Made by a program: the position numbers and the translations under genes
The notes under the pieces: generated by a model
What the model was told of the DNA's origin: nothing
The model's input: the letters and a program-made list of their open reading frames with translations, nothing else
Database searches by the model: none
From: an uncultured Bacilli bacterium
GTDB taxonomy: Bacteria > Bacillota_I > Bacilli_A > RF39 > UBA660
Assembly (NCBI GenBank): GCA_934132925.1
Contig: CAKPAL010000001.1
Coordinates: 1 to 58,026, forward strand
Reading direction: 5' to 3'
Length of the DNA stretch: 58,026 nt
In this document: positions 35,886-46,038 of the stretch, piece by piece
How the letters are laid out: every line of letters starts with the position of its first letter
Position numbering within the stretch: position 1 is the first letter of the stretch

Positions 35886-36758
35886 ATGATTACTGCTAAT
35901 ATGGTAAAAGAATTAAGAGAAACTACAGGTGCTGGAATGTTAGACTGTAAGAAGGCTCTTACTGAAACAAATGGTAATATGGAAGAAGCTATTACTTGGC
36001 TTAGAGAGAAGGGTATTTCTAAAGCTGCTAAAAAGCAGACTAGAATTGCTGCTGAAGGACTTGCAAAAGCTGTATTTGATGGTAATAAGGCTGTAATTGT
36101 TGAAGTTAATTCAGAGACAGATTTTGTTGCTAAAAATCCAGAATTTACAGGTTTAGTTGAAGCTATAGCTAATGCTATTTTAAATAGTGGTGTTAAGTCT
36201 ATGGAAGAGGCTATGAAATTAGAAGTTAATGGTAATACTATTGAAAATTTAATTGTAGATAAGACTGCTACTATTGGGGAAAAATTATCATTTAGAAGAT
36301 TTGAATTAATTGAAAAAGAAGATAATCAAGTATTTGGTACTTATTCACATATGGGTGGAAAAATTGTTACTTTAGCTGTTCTAGAAGGAACAGATGAAGA
36401 AGTAGCTAAAGATGTTGCTATGCAAATAGCCGCTATGAGACCTTTATATTTAGATAAAGATTCTGTACCTGCTGATAGAGTAGAGAAAGAAAGAGAAATC
36501 TTAACTGAACAAGCTGAAAATGAAGGTTTAGATGCAAATAAACTTCCTATGATTGTTAATGGTAGATTAAATAAATTCTATGAAGAAGTATGTCTATTAG
36601 ATCAAGGTTTTGTTAAAGAAAATAAAATGAAAGTATCTAAATATGTAGAAAGTAAGAATATGAAAGTATTATCTTTCGTAAGATATGAAGTTGGCGAAGG
36701 TATGGAAAAAAGAGAAGAAAACTTTGCCGATGAAGTTGCTAAACAAATTAATGGTTAA
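35886..36758 (+). CDS. tsf: elongation factor Ts
   Basis: VKELRETTGAGMLDCKKAL and the downstream EF-Ts pattern. It follows rpsB. Confidence 0.95.
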   Translation: MITANMVKELRETTGAGMLDCKKALTETNGNMEEAITWLREKGISKAAKKQTRIAAEGLAKAVFDGNKAVIVEVNSETDFVAKNPEFTGLVEAIANAILNSGVKSMEEAMKLEVNGNTIENLIVDKTATIGEKLSFRRFELIEKEDNQVFGTYSHMGGKIVTLAVLEGTDEEVAKDVAMQIAAMRPLYLDKDSVPADRVEKEREILTEQAENEGLDANKLPMIVNGRLNKFYEEVCLLDQGFVKENKMKVSKYVESKNMKVLSFVRYEVGEGMEKREENFADEVAKQING

Positions 36759-36790
36759 AAAGAAGCATTTATGTTTCTTTTTTTCTTTTT
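36759..36790 (+). terminator. rho-independent terminator after tsf
   Basis: AAAGAAGCA-ttta-TGTTTCTTT (one G-U pair) followed by a T-run. Confidence 0.6.
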
Positions 36791-36836
36791 ATATGATATA
36801 CTTTAATTAGATTAAATAGGAAAGGAGAAAAATTAT

Positions 36837-37217
36837 ATGTATGATTATGACTTATATAGTCCAGTTGATAGTTCTATGGCAGTTTGGCCTATAATTATCG
36901 GATGTCTATTGGGAATAGTTTCAATAGTTAGCTTATGGATAATATATAAGAAGGCTGGCAAAAAAGGTTGGGAGGCTATAGTTCCAATATATAATACAAT
37001 AGTATTAATTGAAATTGCTGGATTACCTTTATGGTATTTTGCTTTATTCTTTGTTCCTTTTGCTAATATATATGCAATATTTAAGATATATATAGAATTG
37101 GCACATAGATTTGATAAATCGACTGGCTTTGGGGTAGCAACAGTTTTCTTTAGTATTATTTGTCTACCAATATTAGCATTTAATAATGATTTAGTGTATA
37201 ATAAAAAAGTAGATTAA
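36837..37217 (+). CDS. DUF5684-like small membrane protein
   Basis: IIYKKAGKKGWEAIVPIYNTIVLIEIAGLPLWYF is a core motif shared with the convergent neighbour. Confidence 0.55.
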   Translation: MYDYDLYSPVDSSMAVWPIIIGCLLGIVSIVSLWIIYKKAGKKGWEAIVPIYNTIVLIEIAGLPLWYFALFFVPFANIYAIFKIYIELAHRFDKSTGFGVATVFFSIICLPILAFNNDLVYNKKVD

Positions 37218-37223
37218 TGTTAT

Positions 37224-37268
37224 GAACTTCATTTCTTTGATAGGAGAGAAATGAGGTTCTTTCTTTTA
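37224..37268. terminator. bidirectional terminator between convergent genes
   Basis: GAACTTCATTTCT - 10-nt loop - AGAAATGAGGTTC (13 bp including one G-U pair), with T-runs on both strands. Confidence 0.7.
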
Positions 37269-37282
37269 ATCTACTTTTATTT

Positions 37283-37831
37283 TTAGTCTACTTTTTTTCC
37301 ACAATTTTCACAAAACTTAGCATCTTTCTTTAATTTGATGCCACAACCTAGACAATATTTTTCTGAACTATTATTGGTGTTATCATTAATAGGACCAGTT
37401 GGATTTACTTCGATATTTTTGTCATAAACATATTTATCAGAGAAACCAAAGATTATTATCATGATGTAATTAAATAAGGCTCCTAGTAAGGCTGTTGGCA
37501 TAGTGTTTATTTTCATTTTTTTTGCTAGATTCCAGAAGATGCAGAAATAAGCAAAGGTACTAGCAAGATTGGTTAGGATACTTAAGACCTCTATTTTAAG
37601 AATACTTAAAATACTGCCTGATATTGCTATTAAAAAAAACCACCAATTTAGACCTGCTACTTCAGTAAGTGTGTAGGTATTGTAAAATGGGATAAGGGCC
37701 TCCCAACCATTTTTGCCAGCTTTTTTAAATAATTTCCATAGGGCTATTGTATATATGATATAGATGGTTACTACGGCAATAATAGCAATGATAGCTCCAC
37801 TAAATAAAAATGTAAATAAAGCGTATTCCAT
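37283..37831 (-). CDS. DUF5684-like membrane protein with a C-terminal zinc-ribbon
   Basis: LFKKAGKNGWEALIPFYNTYTLTEVAGLNWWFF core. The C-terminus reads CLGCGIKLKKDAKFCENCG. Confidence 0.6.
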   Translation of the reverse strand: MEYALFTFLFSGAIIAIIAVVTIYIIYTIALWKLFKKAGKNGWEALIPFYNTYTLTEVAGLNWWFFLIAISGSILSILKIEVLSILTNLASTFAYFCIFWNLAKKMKINTMPTALLGALFNYIMIIIFGFSDKYVYDKNIEVNPTGPINDNTNNSSEKYCLGCGIKLKKDAKFCENCGKKVD

Positions 37832-38008
37832 AATTTACTCCTTTCTTTAATAATATATCAAAGAATATAAATAATTACAATATATTTTATAGTTATGTTA
37901 GTTTTATTTGCTTTTTAATAGTTAGTGTTTATTATAATTATTGTTTGTTTTTTTCTTGATTAATGGGAAAATTTAATATATAATTATATAGAAGAATAGG
38001 TGATTAAA

Positions 38009-39523
38009 ATGAAGAAAATATTACTTTGTATTATGGATGGTGTAGGATTATCTAAGAATAAGAAATATAATGCTGTAATGGCTGCAGATACGCCTTTTTT
38101 GGATAAATTGTGGAAGAAGTATCCTCATAGTACTCTTGCTGCTTCTGGAGTAGAAGTTGGATTACCTAGAGGACAAATGGGTAATTCTGAAGTTGGACAT
38201 ACTAATATAGGGGCTGGAAGGATTGTATATCAGTCACTTGAATTTATTAATAGTAAAGTTAGAGATAGAAGTTTTTATGATAATGAGGAATTTTTGAAAG
38301 TTATTAGGCATGTTAAAGAAAATAATTCTAGTTTACATTTAGTTGGTCTTCTTTCTGATGGTGGTGTTCATTCGCATATTAATCACTTGGCTAGGTTATT
38401 AGATATGGCTAAAAATGAAGGTTTAAATAAGGTGTATGTTCATGTATTTACTGATGGTAGAGATGTTGGTCCTACTAGTGGTATTAAATATATTACAATG
38501 CTTGAGAATTATATGAAAAAGATTGGTCTTGGTAAGATTGCTTCGGTTGGTGGTAGATATTATGGTATGGATAGGGATAATAATTTTGATAGGGTAGAGA
38601 AAGCATATATAGCTATGGTTACTGGTACTAAAGAGATGTCAGCAAGTGAAATATGGAATAGTAATCAAAAGAAAGGGATTACTGATGAGTTTATTGTTCC
38701 TACTACTGTATGTAAAGATGGCTTGATAAAGGATAATGATGGTATTATATTCTTTAATTATAGACCTGATAGATTAAGAGAACTTGCTAGTATATTTACT
38801 AATGTTGATTATGAGTGCTTTGATAGAAAGATGATTAACAATTTGAAGGTATGTACAATGATGCATGTTACTGATACAGTACTTTGTCCTTTTGCTTTTG
38901 AGTTAGAGAAACTTTCTAATACTTTAGGAAAATATATGGCTGATAAAGGTTATACTCAGCTTCGTATAGCGGAAACAGAAAAGTATGCTCATGTTACTTA
39001 TTTCTTTGATGGTGGTATTGATAAGGAATATGATGGTGAGAAAAGAATATTAGTTCCTAGTCCTAAAGTTGCTACTTATGATTTAGAGCCAGAAATGAGT
39101 GCTAATATGATTACGGCTTCTTTAGTAAAAGAAATTGCCACTAATAACGAGGATTTGATTGTACTTAACTTTGCTAATGGTGATATGGTTGGTCATACTG
39201 GAGATTATAAGGCCGCTATTAAAGCAGTTGAAACGGTTGATAGTTGTATTGGTAAGATACTTGATAATATATCGTTAGATGAGTATACAGTTATTATAAC
39301 GGCAGATCATGGTAATTGTGAGGTTATGAGAAATAAGGATGGTAGTATTAATACTAGTCATACTACAAATAGGGTACCTTTTATTATTACTGATAAGAGA
39401 TTAAAATTAATGGATGGTAAATTAGGTGATATTGCTCCTACTATATTATATTTAATGGGAATTGATATTCCTAAAGAGATGACTGGTAATATTTTGATTA
39501 AAAATAGAAAGAAGTTGAAATGA
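38009..39523 (+). CDS. gpmI: 2,3-bisphosphoglycerate-independent phosphoglycerate mutase
   Basis: Motifs LCIMDGVG, GNSEVGHTNIGAGR, DGGVHSH, FTDGRD and ADHGN. I prefer the ATG at 38009 over the GTG at 38000. Confidence 0.95.
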   Translation: MKKILLCIMDGVGLSKNKKYNAVMAADTPFLDKLWKKYPHSTLAASGVEVGLPRGQMGNSEVGHTNIGAGRIVYQSLEFINSKVRDRSFYDNEEFLKVIRHVKENNSSLHLVGLLSDGGVHSHINHLARLLDMAKNEGLNKVYVHVFTDGRDVGPTSGIKYITMLENYMKKIGLGKIASVGGRYYGMDRDNNFDRVEKAYIAMVTGTKEMSASEIWNSNQKKGITDEFIVPTTVCKDGLIKDNDGIIFFNYRPDRLRELASIFTNVDYECFDRKMINNLKVCTMMHVTDTVLCPFAFELEKLSNTLGKYMADKGYTQLRIAETEKYAHVTYFFDGGIDKEYDGEKRILVPSPKVATYDLEPEMSANMITASLVKEIATNNEDLIVLNFANGDMVGHTGDYKAAIKAVETVDSCIGKILDNISLDEYTVIITADHGNCEVMRNKDGSINTSHTTNRVPFIITDKRLKLMDGKLGDIAPTILYLMGIDIPKEMTGNILIKNRKKLK

Positions 39524-40536
39524 TGATAGAATTACTTAATACTAAGGTTTTTGATAATGAAAGGAATGTTTTAAATGCTGATTTGTTTGTTAGTAATTTG
39601 AAACATGTTCTTAGTAGTTTTAGATTTAATACAAAGATTACTTATATGGTATATAGGAATGTTACAATATATAATATTTCTTGGAATGATGATAAAGATT
39701 ATAATGATATATTGGGATTAAGAAAAGAAATTGCTTTAGCTTTAGGTGTTGATGTTCATGAATTAGATATTGTTAAGATTAATGATAATGAGATTAAGAT
39801 TAAAGTACAGAATATGAAAAAGAGTACTTTATCTTTAAAAGAGTTATTAGAAGAGGTTCATGATGAGGATAATAATTTGATACCGCTTGGTTTATCTGAG
39901 GATGATAAGGTTATTTATTTTGATGTTGATAGGGATAAGAATTTATTAGTAGTAGGAGTAACTGGAACTGGTAAATCTAATTTATTTAATAGTATTATTT
40001 TGAATATGTTGATGAAAAGAGATGGTACTAGAATTGTTATTTTGGATTCACAGAGTATTAATTATAATAGTTATAGTGATGTAGTAGAGGTTGTTAATGA
40101 TGAAGATGAAATTATTAATAAATTAAAAGGTTTTAGAAGAGAATTTGAAGAGAGAGTAGTTAATGGTAATAGGGATAGGATTGTTATCTTTATTGATGAA
40201 ATATATGAAATTATAAAGAATGATATTAGTGTTAAAGATGATATTAACTATTTATTAGAGGTTGGTAGTAGTATGAATATTCATATTATTATGTCTACTG
40301 ATAGTGTATTAGATGAGGATATTAGTTATTTATTTGATAAAGATGATATTTCTAAATTATGTTTTTATTTAACTAGTAGGAATGAATATAATAGATTTTT
40401 AGATGAATATGTAGATGAAAGTTTAGGTAAAGATGCTATTTATATTTCTTTTGGTGGTAAAAGAGAAAGAGTTTGTATTCCTTTGGTGGATGATGATGAG
40501 ATAGAAAGGGTAGTTGGTTATTTGAAAAATAATTAG
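39520..40536 (+). CDS. soluble FtsK/SpoIIIE-family ATPase-domain protein
   Basis: ATGA overlap with the gpmI stop. Walker A VVGVTGTGKSN and Walker B IVIFIDEIYEI. I see no TM segments and no gamma domain. Confidence 0.7.
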   Translation: MMIELLNTKVFDNERNVLNADLFVSNLKHVLSSFRFNTKITYMVYRNVTIYNISWNDDKDYNDILGLRKEIALALGVDVHELDIVKINDNEIKIKVQNMKKSTLSLKELLEEVHDEDNNLIPLGLSEDDKVIYFDVDRDKNLLVVGVTGTGKSNLFNSIILNMLMKRDGTRIVILDSQSINYNSYSDVVEVVNDEDEIINKLKGFRREFEERVVNGNRDRIVIFIDEIYEIIKNDISVKDDINYLLEVGSSMNIHIIMSTDSVLDEDISYLFDKDDISKLCFYLTSRNEYNRFLDEYVDESLGKDAIYISFGGKRERVCIPLVDDDEIERVVGYLKNN

Positions 40537-40563
40537 GATTATATTTAAAGGAGTAACATAATT

Positions 40564-41637
40564 ATGGCTGGTAAGAAAAAGATTTATATAAATAATGATA
40601 ATGATGGTGTTAGTGAAGATAATAAGAATAAAAATAAGAAGAGAGATAATATTTTTAGTATAATACTAGGTGTATGTGACGTAATAGCAGTAGTAGTGTT
40701 ATTTCTTTTATATGGTCCTTTTAATGGATTTAGAGATTGGCTTGTTACTACCGCTATGAGTACAATGAATCATCAGTATTTTGCTACTACTTTTTATAGT
40801 GATGAGTATATTGATAAGGTTCTTAAAAGACATAGTATTTTAGAGCCTGAGGGGAATACGGATATTAGTGCTATTATTGGTGAAGAAAAGAGTTATGTTG
40901 ATGAGTATGATAAGGAAATACTTAATAGGAATAAGAATGATTTGTATAAGATAATTGAAATTAATGAGAAGGGGTTTAGTGGTTTTTTGGTGGCAGTTTA
41001 CGATCCTTCTAAGATTAAGGTTACTTATAGTAAGAATATTGGTTATGCAGGAGAGTATTTGGTTGATATGGCTAAAAGAGAAGGGGCCGCTATTGCGATA
41101 AATGGTGGGGGATTTGTAGATATTGAAGGTAAAAGTAATGGTGGTCAAGCGATAGGAACTGTTATATCTAATGGAAAAATCATTAATACTTATGGTTATA
41201 GCTTATATGGTGGAGGTGTTATTGGTTTTACTAATGATAATAAACTTTATCTAGGTAGAATTAGTGCTACTGAGGCTATTAATATGGGTATTAGAGATGC
41301 AGTGGAATTTGGTCCTTTTCTTATAGTTAATGGTAAGAGTGCTTTTATTAATGGTAATGGTGGATATGGTGTTCATCCTAGAACAGCTATTGCACAAAGA
41401 CAAGATGGTATAGTACTATTCTTAGTTATCGATGGTAGAAGTTTAAAAAGTAAGGGTGCTGATATGAATCATTTGGTTGATATTTTACTTAGATATCATG
41501 CTTATAATGCTGCTAATCTAGATGGTGGTAACTCTAGTGTATTGGTAGTTAACAATGAAATTATTAATCATCCTATTAACTGGGATAATATGGAACAGAC
41601 TAGACCAATAGCTGATGGTTTTGTAGTAGTAGAGTAA
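40564..41637 (+). CDS. phosphodiester glycosidase (NAGPA/DUF2233) family protein, membrane anchored
   Basis: N-terminal TM. AINGGGF, HPRTAIAQ and AANLDGGNSSVLVV motifs. Confidence 0.7.
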   Translation: MAGKKKIYINNDNDGVSEDNKNKNKKRDNIFSIILGVCDVIAVVVLFLLYGPFNGFRDWLVTTAMSTMNHQYFATTFYSDEYIDKVLKRHSILEPEGNTDISAIIGEEKSYVDEYDKEILNRNKNDLYKIIEINEKGFSGFLVAVYDPSKIKVTYSKNIGYAGEYLVDMAKREGAAIAINGGGFVDIEGKSNGGQAIGTVISNGKIINTYGYSLYGGGVIGFTNDNKLYLGRISATEAINMGIRDAVEFGPFLIVNGKSAFINGNGGYGVHPRTAIAQRQDGIVLFLVIDGRSLKSKGADMNHLVDILLRYHAYNAANLDGGNSSVLVVNNEIINHPINWDNMEQTRPIADGFVVVE

Positions 41638-41738
41638 TCTACTATTTTTTGTAAAGTCAAATTTTAGTTATATTTTTGATTGTGATTTTATTTGCTTGTT
41701 TAATGTATAGATTATATGTAATCATATAGTACAATAAC

Positions 41739-41766
41739 TTGACATAAGAGCATAATGTGTTATAAT
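41739..41766 (+). promoter_or_regulatory. strong promoter of the polysaccharide cluster
   Basis: TTGACA - 16 nt (ending in TGt) - TATAAT. This leaves a ~135-nt leader before the GTG start. Confidence 0.6.
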
Positions 41767-41901
41767 TAATATGTATCGAATTGATGTAGAATTAGATAAA
41801 GAGATAAAATTTATTTGGAATTTAAAAACATAATTGATTTGATGTGTTTTATATACAATATGTTGGTTAAATTTGTTTTTAAATAGATAAGGAGCATTTT
41901 T

Positions 41902-43260
41902 GTGAAAAAAGTTATAACATATGGAACATATGACTTGCTACATTATGGTCATATTAGATTATTGGAACGTGCAAAACAACTTGGTGATTATTTGATTGTA
42001 GGTGTTACTGCTGCTGATTTTGATAAACGACGTGGTAAAATTAATGTACAACAATCATTGATGGAAAGAATTGAAGCTGTAAAAGCTACTGGTTTAGCTG
42101 ATGAAATTATTATAGAAGAATATGAGGGACAAAAGATAGATGATATAATAAGTTATGGTATTGATGTTTTTACTGTTGGATCGGATTGGGTTGGAAAATT
42201 CGATTATTTGAAAGAATATTGCGAAGTTGTATATTTGGATAGGACGGAGGGTATTTCTAGTACAGAAAAAAGAAGTGAAAACTCTTCTATTAGGCTTGGC
42301 ATTGTTGGAGAAAATAACTTGATAAAGAAATATATTAATGAGGCTAAATATGTTAATGGTTTACATATAACATCTTTGTGTACAAAAAATAGTAAATTGA
42401 TTGATGATTTGAATGATACTGGTGTTGTTTTTTATGATAGCTATGCCGATATGCTTAATAATGTTGATGCTATATTTGTTGTGTCTCATGTTGATGAACA
42501 CTATAATTATGTTATGGAGGCTTTAGAAAATAAAAAACATGTTTTATGTGAAACTCCCATTAGCATGAAGAAAAATGAATATTTGAAAATGTTCGATTGT
42601 TCTAAAAAGAATAAGGTTGTTTTTATGGAAAATATAAAAACAGCATATGCTACGGCATTTTCTAGATTATTATTATTAGTGAAAAGTGGTGCTATTGGAG
42701 ATGTTGTTAATGTTGATGTTACTTGTACTAGTTTAAATGAATATAATAATGTTTCAAAAGAATTGTTTATTAAAGGACAAAATAGTATTTGTGATTGGGG
42801 TTCAACTTGCATGCTTCCAGTGTTTTCAATATTAGGAATTAATTATAAGAAAAAACATTTTTCAACATATTATTTAGATAAAAAAAATAATTTTGATTTA
42901 TTTACTAAAATTGATTTGTATTATGATAATGCCGTTGCTACATTAAAAATGGGAAAGGGAATTAAATCAGAAGGTGAATTGATTATAAGTGGAACAAAAG
43001 GATATGTTTATGTTCCAGCTCCATGGTGGAAAACTGACTATTTTGAAATTAGATATGAAAACCCTTTGGATAATAAACGCTATTTTTATAAATTAAATGG
43101 AGAAGGAATACGATATGAATATATAGATTTTCTAAAACAAATAAAGGGAATAAAATATTTTTCTAATGTTGATAGTAATATTTCTGAAACCATTGTTTCT
43201 TTGATAGAAGATTACAATAACAAGGTTGATTTGGATGAAATTATTATAAATAATAAATAA
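41902..43260 (+). CDS. fusion protein: glycerol-3-phosphate cytidylyltransferase (TagD-like) plus Gfo/Idh/MocA-type oxidoreductase domain
   Basis: GTG start after AAGGAG. The N-terminus has TYGTYDLLHYGHIRLLERAK and RTEGISST (cytidylyltransferase signatures). Residues ~130-450 have IRLGIVG...VLCETP, a Rossmann oxidoreductase pattern. Confidence 0.8.
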   Translation: MKKVITYGTYDLLHYGHIRLLERAKQLGDYLIVGVTAADFDKRRGKINVQQSLMERIEAVKATGLADEIIIEEYEGQKIDDIISYGIDVFTVGSDWVGKFDYLKEYCEVVYLDRTEGISSTEKRSENSSIRLGIVGENNLIKKYINEAKYVNGLHITSLCTKNSKLIDDLNDTGVVFYDSYADMLNNVDAIFVVSHVDEHYNYVMEALENKKHVLCETPISMKKNEYLKMFDCSKKNKVVFMENIKTAYATAFSRLLLLVKSGAIGDVVNVDVTCTSLNEYNNVSKELFIKGQNSICDWGSTCMLPVFSILGINYKKKHFSTYYLDKKNNFDLFTKIDLYYDNAVATLKMGKGIKSEGELIISGTKGYVYVPAPWWKTDYFEIRYENPLDNKRYFYKLNGEGIRYEYIDFLKQIKGIKYFSNVDSNISETIVSLIEDYNNKVDLDEIIINNK

Positions 43261-43310
43261 TAGCAGTTGTATTTTAAACTAAAAATAATTATATTGAGGG
43301 AGGTGGTAGA

Positions 43311-44837
43311 TTGAGAACAAAAAGAAGTTTTTTGAATTTAATTACTGATTTGCTTCCATTAGTTGTTATTTCTATTCTTGGAATATTTAAGTTAAAGTTA
43401 TTTATTGATGTTTTAGGTAATAAGACATTAGGTCTGTATCAGTTGTATTCTCAAATAATGGTTTATGTGGCATTAGTTGATGGAGGGCTTAGTAGTGCTT
43501 TAATGTTTTCTCTTTATAAGCCTAATTCTTCTGGTAATGTTGAAAAAGTAAAAGAAATTATGGCTGCTGGATATAAAGTTTTTTCTTTAATAGGAATGAT
43601 TGTTTTTGGGTTAACTGCAATTATATCACCATTTGTTCATTTCTTTATTAAGGATACAGTTTTTTCAAATCAATTTGTTGCGTTGACATTTTTAATTTTT
43701 TCACTTAGTAATGTTGTTGAATATTTTTTTGTTCCACAAAGAAGTATTTTGGAAGTTAAGGAAAAAAAATATATAGTTAATATTTGTATTCAAACTGGTC
43801 AAATTATATTGAGTGTTTTAGAAATTATAATGTTGATGTTAAAATGCAAATTTGTTAATATTTTATTGATGCATGTTTTTGTTAAATTATTGTCTAATAT
43901 TTGTGTTGCAATTTGTTGTAAAAAAATTTATCCAGAGTATAAGGTCGGTGGTTTGACAAAAAAAGACTTTGAGTTTACTAAGCAAATTAAAAACTTAGTT
44001 TTTCATAAAATAAATGGACTTATAGTATACAATATAGACATTATTTTAATTTCTAAGATATTAGGTTTAGATGATGTTGCTATTTATTCAACATATAATT
44101 ATGTTATTAATATGTTACGAAATATTATTGGTAAAATTTCCGGCAGTATAACTGCTATCATAGGAAATTATTTATCTGAAAATAATATAAATAAAACATA
44201 TGAATTATTTAATGAATTACGAAGTATGATGTTTTTTATTGCTACATTAGTTAGTGTACCATTATTTTTTGCTTTAGGAGATTTTATTGATATATGGTAT
44301 GAAGGAAAAATTCAGACACAGTTTTTAATCACTTTGTCATTTGCTTTATATATGTATATTTATATAATAAAAATTCCTACAACCACTTTTGTTACTGCAG
44401 CAGGGTTATTTAAAGAGACAAAAATTTGTGCTTTATGTGATACAATTATTAACTTTGTATTATCATTGGTATTAATATTTAGTATTGGTATGTCTGGGGT
44501 TGTATTCGCCACTGCATTTTCAGCTTTTGTGGCAGAATATTTTATGAAAACTAATGTTTTGTATAAAAATGTTTTTATAAAAAATAAATCAATAGAATTT
44601 TATAGAAGAAACTTGAAATTTTTTATTTTTACTTTAGTTGATTTTGCACTTGGGTATCTATTATTTATGAATATACATATAACTAATATTTTGATGTGGT
44701 TTGCTATATATTTTGTATATTTTGTTATAAATGGCATAATTACTCTTATGGTGTTTTATACATTTAAAGAGGTAACCTTTGTTAATAGACTAAAAAAATT
44801 ATTGAGTTTTAAAAAAATAATGATTAAGGAGAAGTGA
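43311..44837 (+). CDS. wzx: MOP-superfamily polysaccharide flippase (Wzx-like)
   Basis: TTG start after GGGAGGTGG. About 12-14 TM helices, with the size and context typical of Wzx. Confidence 0.65.
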   Translation: MRTKRSFLNLITDLLPLVVISILGIFKLKLFIDVLGNKTLGLYQLYSQIMVYVALVDGGLSSALMFSLYKPNSSGNVEKVKEIMAAGYKVFSLIGMIVFGLTAIISPFVHFFIKDTVFSNQFVALTFLIFSLSNVVEYFFVPQRSILEVKEKKYIVNICIQTGQIILSVLEIIMLMLKCKFVNILLMHVFVKLLSNICVAICCKKIYPEYKVGGLTKKDFEFTKQIKNLVFHKINGLIVYNIDIILISKILGLDDVAIYSTYNYVINMLRNIIGKISGSITAIIGNYLSENNINKTYELFNELRSMMFFIATLVSVPLFFALGDFIDIWYEGKIQTQFLITLSFALYMYIYIIKIPTTTFVTAAGLFKETKICALCDTIINFVLSLVLIFSIGMSGVVFATAFSAFVAEYFMKTNVLYKNVFIKNKSIEFYRRNLKFFIFTLVDFALGYLLFMNIHITNILMWFAIYFVYFVINGIITLMVFYTFKEVTFVNRLKKLLSFKKIMIKEK

Positions 44838-44841
44838 TTTT

Positions 44842-46038
44842 ATGTATAATAATAAAAAATTATTAATTTTAGGAGGATCAGAATTTCAAATTCCTTTGAT
44901 ATTGGAAGCAAAAGATTTAGGAATTATAACTTATGTTATCGATATTAATATAGATGCTCCTGCTATGGAATATGCTGATTATAAATACCAAATGAGTATT
45001 AAGGATAAGGAAGGTGTTTTGAAAATTGCTAAAGAAATTATGCCTGATGGTGTTACTGTGGGCATGGTTGATGTTGCCGTTCCTACTTGTGCTTATATAA
45101 ATCAGGAATTAAATCTAAATGGATTAGATGTAGTGACAGCAATAAATGCAACAAATAAGCATGAAATGATAAAATGTTTCAAGAAATTTAATGTTCCTTG
45201 TCCAAACTATTGTTATGTATCATGCAATGAATTGAATGAAATTAAGGATTGTAATCTTGATTTTCCTTTAATTATTAAACCAATTGATATGGCTGGGTCT
45301 AGAGGAATCTATTTGGTTAATAATCATGATGATTTTTTGAAAGCATTAAAAGAAAGCTCAGAAATTAGTGATACTGGAAATCTATTAATTGAGGAGTATA
45401 TGGAAGGTCCAGAGGTTAGTGTTGAGATTGTTGTTAGCAATGGTAATCCAAATGTTATCCAAATTACTGATAAATCAACAAGTGGCCCTCCACATTTTGC
45501 TGAAACTGGTCATTTACAACCATCTAGATTACCCACTGATGTAAAGGAAAAAATAAAAGAGGTGGCATGTAATGCTGCTAAATCTCTTGGGCTTGTTAAT
45601 TCTTTAGGTCATGCAGAATTAAAAATAACCTCAACCGGTCCGAAGATGATTGAACTTGGTGCTAGAGCTGGTGGTGATGCAATTGGTGAACAGTTGATAT
45701 TACTTTCTACAGGTGTAAGTTTTTCTAAGATTGCTATCGATATTGCTTTTGGATATGATGTTCATATACCAAGTGTTAAGAATGAAATAAGTTGTATTAG
45801 ATTTATTCAATCAAAAAAGGGTATTTTAAAGAATGTAAGTGGAGTAGAAGAGGCTAAGAAAATTGATTGTGTTTTTGATGTTAAATTTACTGGTGTTATT
45901 GGTAAAGAATATGATGATGTCGTAGATAACTCTGGTAGACTTGGTTATGTTATAACACATGGTACAAATTATGAGGATGTAATTGAAGCATGTAATAGAG
46001 CAATTGATTTGATAGAGGTAGAAATTAATGAAAAATAA
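44842..46038 (+). CDS. ATP-grasp domain ligase
   Basis: LLILGGSEFQIPLI, PLIIKPIDMAGSRGI, EEYMEGPEVSVE and HAELKIT...MIELGARAGG. Confidence 0.8.
   Translation: MYNNKKLLILGGSEFQIPLILEAKDLGIITYVIDINIDAPAMEYADYKYQMSIKDKEGVLKIAKEIMPDGVTVGMVDVAVPTCAYINQELNLNGLDVVTAINATNKHEMIKCFKKFNVPCPNYCYVSCNELNEIKDCNLDFPLIIKPIDMAGSRGIYLVNNHDDFLKALKESSEISDTGNLLIEEYMEGPEVSVEIVVSNGNPNVIQITDKSTSGPPHFAETGHLQPSRLPTDVKEKIKEVACNAAKSLGLVNSLGHAELKITSTGPKMIELGARAGGDAIGEQLILLSTGVSFSKIAIDIAFGYDVHIPSVKNEISCIRFIQSKKGILKNVSGVEEAKKIDCVFDVKFTGVIGKEYDDVVDNSGRLGYVITHGTNYEDVIEACNRAIDLIEVEINEK

Noticed and set aside
41767-41901. The ~135-nt leader of the polysaccharide operon as a riboswitch or attenuator.
   Set aside because: I found only a weak 6-bp AT-rich hairpin and a TATATG-n4-CATATA palindrome upstream of the promoter. 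There is no recognisable riboswitch core. The evidence is too weak to call.
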